A stretch of DNA of 64,000 bases, taken from NCBI GenBank assembly GCA_963728915.1, contig CAVSLV010000001.1, positions 96,001 through 160,000 on the forward strand. The letters are read 5' to 3'. Positions 18,867 through 29,649 of the stretch are shown piece after piece. This stretch comes from an uncultured Gemmatimonadales bacterium (lineage in GTDB: Bacteria; Gemmatimonadota; Gemmatimonadetes; Gemmatimonadales; GWC2-71-9). Numbering within the stretch: position 1 is the first letter of the stretch; the number at the start of each line of letters is the position of its first letter. Position numbers and translations under genes: made by a program. The notes under the pieces are model-generated. The model searched no databases and was not told where the DNA came from. It saw only the letters and a program-made list of their open reading frames with translations.

Positions 18867-20093
18867 ATGCGGCGCGGGGCCCTCGCGGCTGCCCTCGGGC
18901 TCGCCGCCTGTGCCCGGCCCGAAGGCGTTCCCGGCATCAGCCCGATCTCCCGCGCGCCTGACCTCCGGGTCGGCATTGCGCTCAATGATCGCAGTGTCGG
19001 AGTAGGTGGGGGAGACCGGCTCGCGGTGGTGAGCAGCACTTCCGGATGGGTGGGGGAGATTCCGGCCGGAGAAATCGCGACGGCCAGCGTCGTAAACGGC
19101 GCCCTCACGCTGCAGATGTCCGGTACGACGCTCTCTCCCGGCTCCGAGGTCACCATCGCACCGGCTCAGAGCGGCACTTCGATTCGGGTCAACGGGCGCG
19201 AGTATCGCGGTACGTTCCGGCTCCGCGCCTCCCAGGGACGAGTCGATGCCGTCAATGTGGTCGACCTCGAGGACTACCTCGTCGGGGTGGTCGGCGCCGA
19301 GTTGGGACTCCGTTCCGAAGCAGAGATCGCCGCGGTCGAGGCCCAGGCGATCGTGTCCCGGACCATCGCCCTGCAGCGTGCCGGGCAATGGCGGGAGCGT
19401 GGCTACGATCTTGTCGCCTCGATCGCCGATCAGATCTACGGGGGGAGTGGCCAGGAGAACGATCTGGCGCGACGGGCCGTCCTCGCGACGCGGGGTCAGA
19501 TCCTCACCTACCAGGGCCGGGTGATCGACGCCTTCTTCCACTCGACCTGCGCCGGCCGCACCGCGAACGGGGTCGAGGTTTTTGCCGCCGCTGACCGTCC
19601 CTACCTCCGCTCGGTCAGCGATCTCGATCCCAGCGGCACCGCCTGGTGCGCGATTTCTCCCCGCTACCGCTGGAAGGAAAGCTGGAGCGGGGAGGAACTG
19701 TCGCGAACGCTCCAGCAGACCCTGCCGCTCGCCGGGGCATCTCCGGCTCTGGCGAGTGCGCTCGAGGACATCCGGATCCTCGACCGGACGTCGACCGGCC
19801 GGGTCGCTCGGCTCGAGATCCGCTCGGTCGACGGGTCGGTCACCCTGACCGGTCCGGCCGCCCGGGGCGTGCTCAAGCCGGCCGATGGGCCGGGGCTTCG
19901 GAGCACCGATTTCACGGTGCAGATCGACCGGGATGGTGACCGGATCACCCGGCTCACCATCGATGGCGCCGGGGCGGGACACGGGGTCGGCCTTTGCCAA
20001 TGGGGGGCCATCGGCCGCGCGCGCGCGGGATTCTCCTCCGGCGCGATCCTTTCGGCTTATTTTCCGGGCACCGAGCTGACCCGAACCTATTGA
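18867..20093 (+). CDS. SpoIID/LytB domain lytic transglycosylase-like lipoprotein
   Basis: Lipobox LAAC; LEDYLVGVVGAE, AQAIVSRT, DQIYGG, FFHSTCAG, GHGVGLCQWGA. Confidence 0.9.
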   Translation: MRRGALAAALGLAACARPEGVPGISPISRAPDLRVGIALNDRSVGVGGGDRLAVVSSTSGWVGEIPAGEIATASVVNGALTLQMSGTTLSPGSEVTIAPAQSGTSIRVNGREYRGTFRLRASQGRVDAVNVVDLEDYLVGVVGAELGLRSEAEIAAVEAQAIVSRTIALQRAGQWRERGYDLVASIADQIYGGSGQENDLARRAVLATRGQILTYQGRVIDAFFHSTCAGRTANGVEVFAAADRPYLRSVSDLDPSGTAWCAISPRYRWKESWSGEELSRTLQQTLPLAGASPALASALEDIRILDRTSTGRVARLEIRSVDGSVTLTGPAARGVLKPADGPGLRSTDFTVQIDRDGDRITRLTIDGAGAGHGVGLCQWGAIGRARAGFSSGAILSAYFPGTELTRTY

Positions 20094-20105
20094 TCCGGTG
20101 TTCTC

Positions 20106-21113
20106 ATGAGTGAGCCCGTCCGCGTCGGACTGATCGGGGCCGGCGCCATCGTGCAGGTCGCCCACCTTCCTGTGCTGACCAAGCTCAAGAACGTGGAAGT
20201 CATGGCGATCTGCGACCCGGATCTGCCGAAGGCGCGCGCCCTGGCCGAGCGATTCCATATCAAGGATGTCTTCGACGACATCGAGGACCTGCTCGACCAC
20301 GAGCAGCTCGATGCGCTGCTCGTTGCGACGCCGAACCATCTCCACGAACCTCACGTGATGGCGGGTCTCACCGCGGGGTGCCATGTCCTGGTCGAGAAAC
20401 CCGGTTCGCTCACCGCGGCCGGCGAGCAGCGGATCGGGCGCATCGCCGAGCGGAAGAACCGGCTGGTGATGGTGGGAATGACCCATCGTTACCGCCCCGA
20501 CGCGCTGGCGGTCCGCAGTTTCATCCAGAGCGGCGAGCTCGGGACGATCGACTCGATCCGGGGCAGCTGGCACGTGTCCCGTCCCGCCCGGAGTCCCCTG
20601 GGATGGCGGACCAGGAAGGACGAAGCCGGCGGGGGCGCCATGCTCGACCTGGGCCTCACCATGGTCGATCTCTGCCTCTGGCTCGCGGGAACACTGACTC
20701 CAACCCGGGTCACCGCGAACCTGACCCGGGCCGGGGAGCGGGGGGTGGAGCACTCCGGGTCGGCCATGATCGTCTGCGAAGAAGGCGTCGCGATCCAGGT
20801 GGACGTCACCTGGCGCCACATTGGACAGCGGGAACGCTTCGGCGTCGGGATCCGCGGCAGCAAGGGAACCGCGGGCATCAATCCCCTTCACGTCTGGAAG
20901 GAAATGAACGGCGTCCCGCAGGATGTCACGCCGACCGGAGGGCTCTCGCGCGAGAGCGTCTTCACCGCCTCATTTCGGGCCGAATGGGCCCACTTCCTGG
21001 CCGCCATCGCCGGGGAGGTCGAGGTGCCGAAGCTCACCGAGCACATCACCCTGCTCAAGGTGATCGGGGCGATCTATCGCTCCGCCGCGGAAGGGCGGGA
21101 GGTCCCGGTGTGA
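20106..21113 (+). CDS. Gfo/Idh/MocA family oxidoreductase
   Basis: GLIGAGAI, ATPNHLH, HVLVEKP, GGGAMLDLG. Confidence 0.92.
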   Translation: MSEPVRVGLIGAGAIVQVAHLPVLTKLKNVEVMAICDPDLPKARALAERFHIKDVFDDIEDLLDHEQLDALLVATPNHLHEPHVMAGLTAGCHVLVEKPGSLTAAGEQRIGRIAERKNRLVMVGMTHRYRPDALAVRSFIQSGELGTIDSIRGSWHVSRPARSPLGWRTRKDEAGGGAMLDLGLTMVDLCLWLAGTLTPTRVTANLTRAGERGVEHSGSAMIVCEEGVAIQVDVTWRHIGQRERFGVGIRGSKGTAGINPLHVWKEMNGVPQDVTPTGGLSRESVFTASFRAEWAHFLAAIAGEVEVPKLTEHITLLKVIGAIYRSAAEGREVPV

Positions 21114-22324
21114 GGGTTGGTCTCGCCGCGGCTCTGGCCTGCTGGGCCGGAGTCGCCACTCCCTGTATCGCTCAATCGCCCGCCGTCGCGCCCGGTGAAG
21201 AGCTGACCGTCACGCTCATCACCTATGAGCCCGGTGGCCGGCTGTTCGAGCGATACGGGCACAATGCCGTGTGGATTCACGATACGAAGACCGGCGAAGA
21301 TGAGCACTACGACTACGGCCGTTTCAGCTTCCGCCAGAAGCATTTCCTGCTGCGATTCATTCAGGGGCGGAACTGGTACTCGATGGGGTTCGAGCAGAAC
21401 GTGCAGGGCGTGGTCGATGCCTACATTCGCGACGGACGCCGGGTCTGGATGCAGGAGCTGAATCTGGCGCCTGCCGAGCGCCTCAAGCTCAGGGAGTTTC
21501 TGGCTTGGAACTATCGCCCCGAGAATCGCGACTACGCATACGACGAATACCGCGACAACTGCTCCACCCGGATCCGCGACGCGCTGGACCGGGTGATGGG
21601 TGGCGCGATCGGCCGGTTCGGCGATTCCGCCTCGGGCTGGACCTGGCGGGACGAGACCCGCCGGCTCAACCAGCACAGCGTCGGACTCTACACCGGCCTC
21701 CTCATCGTGCTGGGCGAGCCGACCGACCGGGTCATGTCACGCTGGGAGCAGATGTTTCTCCCCATGCGGCTCCGCGAAGCGCTGAACCACGTCACGATCA
21801 CCGGTCCCGATGGAGTCGCCCGGCCCGCGGTTCGCACCGAGCGGCTGGTGGCCCCCGGGGGACGGTGGCCCATACCCGAGCGGCCCTCGAACTGGCTTCC
21901 TGGCTATCTGGCGGTGGGTCTGGCCCTGGGGGGAATCCTCCTGCTGGCGCGGCGCACCTGGGCCTTCATGGCGCTGGCCACGCTCTGGATGCTGCTGGTG
22001 GGCCTGGTGGGAACGCTGGCCCTGGCGCTCTGGGTATTGACCTTTCATCGGGAGGCCTACGCCAACGAAAACCTGCTCCAGCTGAATCTCATCGCACTGG
22101 CGCTCGCGGTCGTTCTACCGGCCGCGTGGCGCGGCAGCTCCTGGGCCATGCGACCGGGACGGTTTCTCGCCGCGCTGGTGGTGGGGCTCAGCGTGTTAGG
22201 ACTTCTGATCAAGCCCCTGCCCTGGTTCGGTCAGCACAATCTGGAAGTGATCGCCCTGGTCCTGCCGGGGCACCTGGCGGTATGGGCCGGTCTCAGGAGC
22301 CGAGGCCTCGCAGCGCCTCGGTAG
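21110..22324 (+). CDS. DUF4105 / Lnb-like lipoprotein N-acyltransferase with C-terminal TM helices
   Basis: GTGA overlap with the upstream gene; signal peptide; YGHNAVWI, YDYGRFSF, YAYDEYRDNCSTRIRD, MFLPMRL; several TM helices at the C-terminus. Confidence 0.78.
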   Translation: MRVGLAAALACWAGVATPCIAQSPAVAPGEELTVTLITYEPGGRLFERYGHNAVWIHDTKTGEDEHYDYGRFSFRQKHFLLRFIQGRNWYSMGFEQNVQGVVDAYIRDGRRVWMQELNLAPAERLKLREFLAWNYRPENRDYAYDEYRDNCSTRIRDALDRVMGGAIGRFGDSASGWTWRDETRRLNQHSVGLYTGLLIVLGEPTDRVMSRWEQMFLPMRLREALNHVTITGPDGVARPAVRTERLVAPGGRWPIPERPSNWLPGYLAVGLALGGILLLARRTWAFMALATLWMLLVGLVGTLALALWVLTFHREAYANENLLQLNLIALALAVVLPAAWRGSSWAMRPGRFLAALVVGLSVLGLLIKPLPWFGQHNLEVIALVLPGHLAVWAGLRSRGLAAPR

Positions 22325-22994
22325 CTTCGGCGAACCCGGGAAAGGCTGTCAGGGCCTTCTGGAGATACTCCCGCGCCTTGGCCTGGTCTCCCCGATCCTG
22401 ATACAACAGGCCGAGGCTGTAGAAGGAGAGGGCGTCGGCCGGGATCTGGCGGTCATCGCCCGCCATTTCAGTGGAGGAGGACAATGGTCCTCCCGCCCCC
22501 AGTCCGCGGGCGACCGACCGAACCATCCGGAACATGTCGGCGCGATCATGAAGGGCCGGATCGTTGTGGACCACCTTCACGATTTCTCCATTCTCCGCCT
22601 TGACCAGTCGGGCATCGATTCGGAAGTCTCCGTACACGTCCACGAACGAGCCGGTCACCAGGTACTGGGCTCCCAGGCCCTTGCCCAGCCTGGCGACGGT
22701 CTCCCGGTCGATCCGTTCGGAGTTTCCCAGTCCCTGCTGGGTCAAGGCCCGGGCGACCTCCTCGCGACGAACCACCCGCACTGAAGGATTCCGGCCGAGC
22801 TCTCCTGCCAGGAGGGCGGCGAGCCCGAGGCGAAGGGCGTCGAAGTTTTCTCGCTCCTTGCCGTAACTGCCATCGTTCTCGAGCGGCAGGACCACCACGG
22901 TCACCGCGGGATTCTGGGCTCGAACTGTTGCCGGAAGGAGGACTGAAAAGAGGCCGGGAACGAACCAGGTGAGTCGGAGGCGCGCTCTGGTCAT
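22293..22994 (-). CDS. CsgG/TolB-N-like domain plus TPR exported protein
   Basis: Signal peptide; VVVLPLEN, LGKGLGAQYLVTGSF, RIDARLV; C-terminal TPR-like YSLGLLYQDRGDQAKAREYLQKAL. Confidence 0.75.
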   Translation of the reverse strand: MTRARLRLTWFVPGLFSVLLPATVRAQNPAVTVVVLPLENDGSYGKERENFDALRLGLAALLAGELGRNPSVRVVRREEVARALTQQGLGNSERIDRETVARLGKGLGAQYLVTGSFVDVYGDFRIDARLVKAENGEIVKVVHNDPALHDRADMFRMVRSVARGLGAGGPLSSSTEMAGDDRQIPADALSFYSLGLLYQDRGDQAKAREYLQKALTAFPGFAEATEALRGLGS

Positions 22995-23017
22995 TTTCCC
23001 AAGATAAACGCCAAGGC

Positions 23018-23046
23018 TTGCTCCTCCGGGCAAATCCGTCTAAGTT
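23018..23046 (+). promoter_or_regulatory. Putative sigma70 promoter of the rpmE-prfA-prmC operon
   Basis: TTGCTC-17 nt-TAAGTT. Confidence 0.45.
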
Positions 23047-23078
23047 CCTTCCTTCGCAACGACTTACCGAGCCCAATC

Positions 23079-23327
23079 ATGAAGCCGAATCTGCATCCGA
23101 TGTTCCGAAAAATCGAAGTGGTGTGCGCTTGCGGAAACCGGTTTGAAACCCGGAGCACGTCCACCTCGATTCACGTCGAAGTTTGTAACGCCTGCCACCC
23201 GTACTACACCGGGAAGCACCGGCTGATGGACACCGCCGGCCGGGTGGATCGTTTCCGCCGGAAGTACAGCACCGAGTCCGCTCCCGCCGCCTCGACTCCG
23301 GAGCCACAACCGGCACCAACCGAGTAG
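23079..23327 (+). CDS. rpmE: 50S ribosomal protein L31 (zinc-binding type)
   Basis: MKPNLHP, CACGN, CNACHPYYTGK, GRVDRFRRKY. Confidence 0.96.
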   Translation: MKPNLHPMFRKIEVVCACGNRFETRSTSTSIHVEVCNACHPYYTGKHRLMDTAGRVDRFRRKYSTESAPAASTPEPQPAPTE

Positions 23328-23330
23328 CCC

Positions 23331-24383
23331 GTGGAGACCAGACTCCGCCAGGCGCTGTCCCGGGCGGAGGAGGTCGCCGCGGCGCTGGCCGACCCCGCCA
23401 CAGCCCGCGATCCTTCCCGACTCTCGGCCCTGGGCCGCGAGCACGCCCGCTTAGCGCCCATCGTCCGGGCCGCGGAGCGGAAGGCTCGGATCGAGCGGGA
23501 GCTGGCCGACGCTCAGGCGATGAGTGTGGAGACCGATCCCGAGCTGGTTGCCCTGGCACAAGCGGATCTCGACCGTCTTCCGGGAGAGCTCGAGAAGGTT
23601 GATGCCGAGCTGGCCGTCCTCCTGGTGCCACGGGATCCGCTGGAGGACCGGGACGCCATTCTGGAAATCAGGGCCGGCACCGGTGGAGACGAGGCTGCCC
23701 TGTTCGCTGCCGATCTGCTTCGGATGTACACCCGATTCGCCGAGCGGAGAGGCCTCAAGGTCGAGCCGCTCTCGGTCAGTGAAGGCACCCTGGGTGGGGT
23801 CCGTGAAGCGGTGATCGCGCTGCGTGGTGATGACGCGTACGGCCTGTTCCGCCGTGAATCGGGTGTCCACCGGGTGCAGCGGGTTCCCGCGACCGAATCC
23901 CAGGGCAGAATCCACACCTCCGCCGCCACCGTGGCGGTGCTGCCCGAGGCCGAGGAAGTGGATGTGAAAATCGAGCCCCAGGACCTCCGCATCGACGTGT
24001 TCCGATCCGGTGGGCCGGGGGGCCAGAGCGTCAACACCACCGACAGTGCGGTACGGATCACCCATCTTCCCACCGGACTGGTGGTGCAGCAGCAGGACCA
24101 GAAATCCCAGCTCCAGAACAAGATCAAGGCGATGGAGGTGCTGCGGGCGCGGCTCCTCGATCGGAGAATCTCGGAGCAGGAAGCCGCCCGGGCCCGGGAG
24201 CGGAAAACCATGGTCGGCACCGGGGACCGGTCCGCCAAGATCCGCACCTACAACTTTCCCCAGAGCCGGGTCACCGATCACCGGATCGGGCTCTCGGTGC
24301 ACAATCTTTCCGCGGTGCTCGATGGGGACCTGGAGGACATCGTGAAGGCGCTCCGGCTGGCGAGCCGCGACGAGGCCGCATGA
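23331..24383 (+). CDS. prfA: Peptide chain release factor 1
   Basis: EIRAGTGGDEA, HRVQRVPATE (PxT), GPGGQSVN, IRTYNFPQ. Confidence 0.97.
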   Translation: METRLRQALSRAEEVAAALADPATARDPSRLSALGREHARLAPIVRAAERKARIERELADAQAMSVETDPELVALAQADLDRLPGELEKVDAELAVLLVPRDPLEDRDAILEIRAGTGGDEAALFAADLLRMYTRFAERRGLKVEPLSVSEGTLGGVREAVIALRGDDAYGLFRRESGVHRVQRVPATESQGRIHTSAATVAVLPEAEEVDVKIEPQDLRIDVFRSGGPGGQSVNTTDSAVRITHLPTGLVVQQQDQKSQLQNKIKAMEVLRARLLDRRISEQEAARARERKTMVGTGDRSAKIRTYNFPQSRVTDHRIGLSVHNLSAVLDGDLEDIVKALRLASRDEAA

Positions 24384-25237
24384 ACGCGGTGACGGTGGCC
24401 GATCTGATCGACGGCGCCGCCAGCAGGCTCCGCGCCGCCGGGGTCGTCAAGCCGCGCCGTGAAGCGAACCGGCTCTGGGCCTGGCAGCACCGGCTCAATC
24501 CGGGCGAGAGCTGGCTCACCCGGGAGCAGGCCGCCGGGGCCGAGCCGGCCCGGGCTTTCGAGGAGGCGGTGGAGCGGCGGGTTAGGGGAGAGCCGCTCGC
24601 GTATGTCCTCGGACACGTCGGGTTCCGCCGGCTCGAGATTCGCTGCGACCGGCGGGCCCTGATTCCCCGGCCCGAGACGGAAGGCGTGGTCGATCTGGCC
24701 CTGTCCCTGGTTTCGGCCGGCGCCGCGCTCGATCTGGGCACCGGCACCGGCTGTCTCGGCCTGGCCCTGCGTGACGAAGCCGGCTTCGAGGTGACCGCCG
24801 TCGACAGCTCAGCCGAGGCGCTCGCCCTCGCCGCTCTGAATGCCGCGGCCACCAGGCTCCCGGTGGAGCTGGTCCAGAGCGACCTCGCCGAACGGCTTGT
24901 CGGGCGGAGATTCGACCTCATCGTCTCCAATCCGCCGTACCTGACCGAGGCCGAGTACGAGGCGCTCCCGGTGGCGGTGAAGGCCTGGGAGCCCCGCCCA
25001 GCCCTGGTGAGCGGTCCCGACGGGCTGGACCTCACCCGGCGAATCCTGGAGGATGGGCGCGAGATGCTCCTCCCGGGTGGCTGGATCGTCATGGAGATAG
25101 ATTGCGCCCGAGGAGACGCGGTTGCCCGCCTGGCCCGGGAGCTGGACTGGCAGGACATCCGGGTCGAGCCCGACCTGTTCGGGCGCGATCGGTACCTCGC
25201 CGCGCGGCGCGCGGCCAACAGCGGAGGGGTGGGATGA
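24380..25237 (+). CDS. prmC: Release factor glutamine methyltransferase
   Basis: LIPRPETE, LDLGTGTG, VSNPPY; directly after prfA. Confidence 0.95.
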   Translation: MNAVTVADLIDGAASRLRAAGVVKPRREANRLWAWQHRLNPGESWLTREQAAGAEPARAFEEAVERRVRGEPLAYVLGHVGFRRLEIRCDRRALIPRPETEGVVDLALSLVSAGAALDLGTGTGCLGLALRDEAGFEVTAVDSSAEALALAALNAAATRLPVELVQSDLAERLVGRRFDLIVSNPPYLTEAEYEALPVAVKAWEPRPALVSGPDGLDLTRRILEDGREMLLPGGWIVMEIDCARGDAVARLARELDWQDIRVEPDLFGRDRYLAARRAANSGGVG

Positions 25238-25584
25238 TCGAGGAAAAGGCGCAGGACCTCGGGCGGTTGATCGGCCAATCCTCCGAATATCAGACGCTGC
25301 GGCGCGCCGAGAAGATCCTCCAGGAGGATGCCACGACCCGGGGAAGGCTCGAGAAGATCGACCAGCTTGCCCGGAAGATCGATGAACAGGTGACGCAGAA
25401 GAAGCTGCCGGAGGAAGCCACCATGATGGAATACGAAACCGCGGTCCGCGACCTGGAAACCAGCCCGGAAGGACAGGCGTACGTCGTGGCCCGGGCGAAC
25501 TACGAGAAGCTGATGTCGAAGGTGAATCAGGAGATGGCCGCCGGCATGGAGCGCGGCGCCGCGAGCAGCATCATCACCCTGTGA
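25234..25584 (+). CDS. YlbF/YmcA (Ric) family helical protein
   Basis: MIEEKAQDLGRLIGQSSEY...LMSKVNQEM pattern; GGAGG RBS; ATGA overlap. Confidence 0.72.
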   Translation: MIEEKAQDLGRLIGQSSEYQTLRRAEKILQEDATTRGRLEKIDQLARKIDEQVTQKKLPEEATMMEYETAVRDLETSPEGQAYVVARANYEKLMSKVNQEMAAGMERGAASSIITL

Positions 25585-26216
25585 GCGGATTTTTCGTTGT
25601 CCTGGAAGGCCCCGAAGGCGCGGGCAAATCGACGCTGGCAGCGGCCCTCGCCGAGCGGCTGCGCCGGGCCGGGCACGACCCGTTGCTGGTGCGCGAGCCG
25701 GGCGGCACTCCCGCGGCGGAAGCACTTCGGCAGGAGCTCCTGCATGCCGACCGTCGCTGGACCCCGGAGCGGGAACTGCTCTATCTCGCAGCCGCCCGTG
25801 CCGATCTGGTCGGCCAGGTGATCCGTCCGTCGCTCGAAGCGGAGCGCATCGTGATCAGTGACCGATACGATCTCTCGACGCTGGCGTATCAGGCGGCGGG
25901 CCGGGGGCTTCCCTTGCCGATGGTTTCCTGGGTGAATGCGGCGGCCACCGGAGGACTTCGGCCGGATCTCACCCTCATCCTCGATGTACCGGTCGAGCTC
26001 GGCGCAGCGCGACAGATCGCGGCGGGTAAGACCCGGGATCGCCTTGACCGGGAGCCGGAGGAATTCCACCGGAGGGTGGCAGCCCGCTATCGGGAGGAAT
26101 CCGGCCCCGGAATCGTGCATCTCGACGCAACCCAATCCCCCGCCGAGCTCGCCAGCTCCGCCTGGCAGGCCCTGCTGGCCTCCCCCGCGATGCCAGCGTC
26201 GGCTCGCGCCTCGTAA
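25581..26216 (+). CDS. tmk: Thymidylate kinase
   Basis: EGPEGAGKST, REPGGT, ISDRYDLSTLAYQ, PDLTLILD. Confidence 0.95.
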   Translation: MSGFFVVLEGPEGAGKSTLAAALAERLRRAGHDPLLVREPGGTPAAEALRQELLHADRRWTPERELLYLAAARADLVGQVIRPSLEAERIVISDRYDLSTLAYQAAGRGLPLPMVSWVNAAATGGLRPDLTLILDVPVELGAARQIAAGKTRDRLDREPEEFHRRVAARYREESGPGIVHLDATQSPAELASSAWQALLASPAMPASARAS

Positions 26217-26219
26217 ATC

Positions 26220-27482
26220 ATGACCATGCGCCGCGTACTCATCATTCTCGGGGCGGTGCTGGTGGTCATGACGGCGGCCCTGGCGCTGTGGCGCAAGACC
26301 GCCTCGAAGAGCCAGCCGGTCACCATGGTCGGGGATCGCCTGTTCGACGCGGTGTTCGCCAAGATCCGGTCGTCCCTGGTCGATCCGCTGGACGACGAAG
26401 ACCTCTACCGCCGCGCGGCGCTGGGACTGATCGGGGAGCTGGACGATCCCTATGCCTTTCTCCAGCTCCCTGGACAGCCCCGACCGATTCCGACCGATGA
26501 GCCGCTCTCACAGGGAATCTTCCTGGACCGACGTGATGGTCGGGCCATCGTGGTATCCACGATTCCCGATTCCCCCGCTGACCAGGCTGGGCTGCGGCCC
26601 GGTGACATTCTCGTCGGCATCGACACCACGGCGATTTCCGGTGGCCGGCTGGAGACCGCGGCCAGGCTGCTGGAAGGGAAGCCCGGCAGCACAGTCACCC
26701 TCCGGCTCCGGCGGGAAGGCGCACCGATCAGCGTGGACCTCCATCGGGGGACTTCGGTGGATCCTCCGGCGATTCGAGTGGCCGATCTGGGTAGCGGAAT
26801 TGCCTCGATCCGGATCACTCGGATCTCCGCCGTGGTGGCCGACACGCTGCGGAGCACGATCGAACGCTTCCAGCACGCGGGCGGGAAGAGCATCGTGCTC
26901 GACCTCCGTGGCAGTACCGAAGGAGGCAGCGACCTCGAAGCCGGGGCGAGCGTTGCCGATCTCTTCCTGAACCGCGGGACGGTCCTCGCGGTGAGCAAGA
27001 TGCGCCGCGCCAGCGGCAACCGGGATTTGACCGATACCTCGCCCTCTCCCTTTTCGGAGATGCCGGTTGCGGTGCTGATCGATCGGGGGACCGCCGGCGC
27101 GGCCGAAGCGATCGCCGGGGCTCTCCAGGACCACGACCGGGCCATCGTCCTCGGCACGGCGAGTTACGGACGAGGAGCGACCTGGAGCAGCTACAGTCTG
27201 GGGAACGGGGCCACTCTGACCCTGACGACGGCGCTCTGGATGACTCCGAATGGCCGGCAGATTCAGCGGCTCTCCGAAACCTCCGATGGAAACACCCCGG
27301 CCGATACCACCCGCCCCAGCGTCAAGAGCGATCGGGGCAGGGTACTTCTCGGGGGAGGAGGCATTGTTCCGGATCGACAATTCGCGGAAGCGAATGGGGA
27401 TGCGGTCCTCGCGGAAGCCCGGAGGATTCTGCTGCGGGCCACTACTCCCGAGAACGTCTTTGCCTCAGTGGGTCTGAGATAG
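26220..27482 (+). CDS. S41 (CtpA/Prc) family PDZ protease homologue, probably catalytically inactive
   Basis: TM anchor, LDDPY, PDZ (SPADQAGLRPGD), VLDLRG, GTAGAAEAIAGALQDHDRA, SYGRG, TPNGRQI, GIVPD. Confidence 0.85.
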   Translation: MTMRRVLIILGAVLVVMTAALALWRKTASKSQPVTMVGDRLFDAVFAKIRSSLVDPLDDEDLYRRAALGLIGELDDPYAFLQLPGQPRPIPTDEPLSQGIFLDRRDGRAIVVSTIPDSPADQAGLRPGDILVGIDTTAISGGRLETAARLLEGKPGSTVTLRLRREGAPISVDLHRGTSVDPPAIRVADLGSGIASIRITRISAVVADTLRSTIERFQHAGGKSIVLDLRGSTEGGSDLEAGASVADLFLNRGTVLAVSKMRRASGNRDLTDTSPSPFSEMPVAVLIDRGTAGAAEAIAGALQDHDRAIVLGTASYGRGATWSSYSLGNGATLTLTTALWMTPNGRQIQRLSETSDGNTPADTTRPSVKSDRGRVLLGGGGIVPDRQFAEANGDAVLAEARRILLRATTPENVFASVGLR

Positions 27483-27905
27483 CCCCTGCCGGTCCAGCGT
27501 GACGTCGTAGAGGGCGTTCCCAATTCTCTCGCTGACCAGCTGCAGGGACGTGCCGATCCGGCTCCAGGCAGCTTGGCGGACGAACGTGTCGGTATTCTGA
27601 TCGAAGCTGACCGTGAGTCCGGTGATCGTGGTGGAACCGGCCATGCTCGCGTTGGCCGGCCCGCCGGGCACGGTCGCCGGGAGGACCAGGGTTCCGGTGG
27701 TTGCGCCGTTCTGGTCGATCGCAATCGTGAGTGAGGCCCCGGCCGCCAGGACGTCGATGAACGGCTGACCATCCGGCGTCACTCGGAAGAAGGTCGCCTG
27801 GTAGGTTCCTGTCGAGAACGTCGTTCCGGTAACGAGCTCACTGCCGCCGCCGCATCCCGCGACCGCGACCAGCATCAGGCCCGCCGAGAGCACGGTTCCG
27901 CGCAT
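27465..27905 (-). CDS. Hypothetical lipoprotein
   Basis: Lipobox VAGC; Thr/Gly-rich, probably beta-rich mature domain. Confidence 0.72.
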   Translation of the reverse strand: MRGTVLSAGLMLVAVAGCGGGSELVTGTTFSTGTYQATFFRVTPDGQPFIDVLAAGASLTIAIDQNGATTGTLVLPATVPGGPANASMAGSTTITGLTVSFDQNTDTFVRQAAWSRIGTSLQLVSERIGNALYDVTLDRQGLSQTH

Positions 27906-27943
27906 CGATTGAAAATCCTTTCCTGCTGGGGACTCGGGACGGA

Positions 27944-28611
27944 CTACTGGTCGATGATCCGGACTCCTGGAGGCCGGTCAAAAACGAACATCCTTCGATC
28001 GATCGGAGTGTTGGGAAGCAGCCGGGTCAGGGTCAGCACCCGCCAGACCCCAGGCGATTCCTCGAGCTCGATACGCCGGGGAAGCCAATCCTCCCGGCCA
28101 AGCCAGAGCACGGCCCGGAGAAAATTGACGTTGGCGCCCCGGGGAACGATCGAAACGACCTCGAGGGGATGCCCGCCCAGCGTGTCGGCCCGGAGCCAGG
28201 TGCTGGTGTACCGGTCAGCAGGGCGGTCCAGAATCCGCGCCAGCAGGTTCACCCCATACACCGGGTCCGTCTCCATGCGCATCCGGATAACCTGGCCCGG
28301 ATTGGTGCTTGGCGTGTAGACCCAGACGTACTCGCCATCGATCACGATCGCTTCGCCGGGCGGATCGCTGAACCGCATCGCGAACGCGTTGTCGCCCGCC
28401 TGGTACAGCTTCCCGGTAGAGGTAAGCGTATCTCCGAGACCGGGATCCTTGATGACCTGGATGAAGTCGGCCTGGAGCGAAGTGAGGCCGCGGTAGGCCG
28501 CTCCGGCTCTCCTCACGATCGCGACGGGGTCCGGATTCTGGCCCGCCAGGGGGCTGGCGGTCCCGAGGGCGGCACCGAGCAGCCACACCAGCCGACCGGT
28601 CCGGGCACGCT

Positions 28612-28615
<4 letters not shown>
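27944..28615 (-). CDS. lolA: Outer-membrane lipoprotein carrier protein LolA
   Basis: Signal peptide; SLQADFIQ, IVIDGEYVWVYTP, C-terminal FVFDRPPGVRII. Confidence 0.82.
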
Positions 28616-29634
<1,019 letters not shown>

Positions 29635-29649
29635 CAGGAAGGCGAAGAG

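Noticed and set aside
22293..22324. Overlapping 3' ends of convergent genes (also 10577-10605, 27465-27482, 54980-54990)
   Set aside because: Short convergent overlaps are common in compact high-GC genomes; no evidence of a special function.
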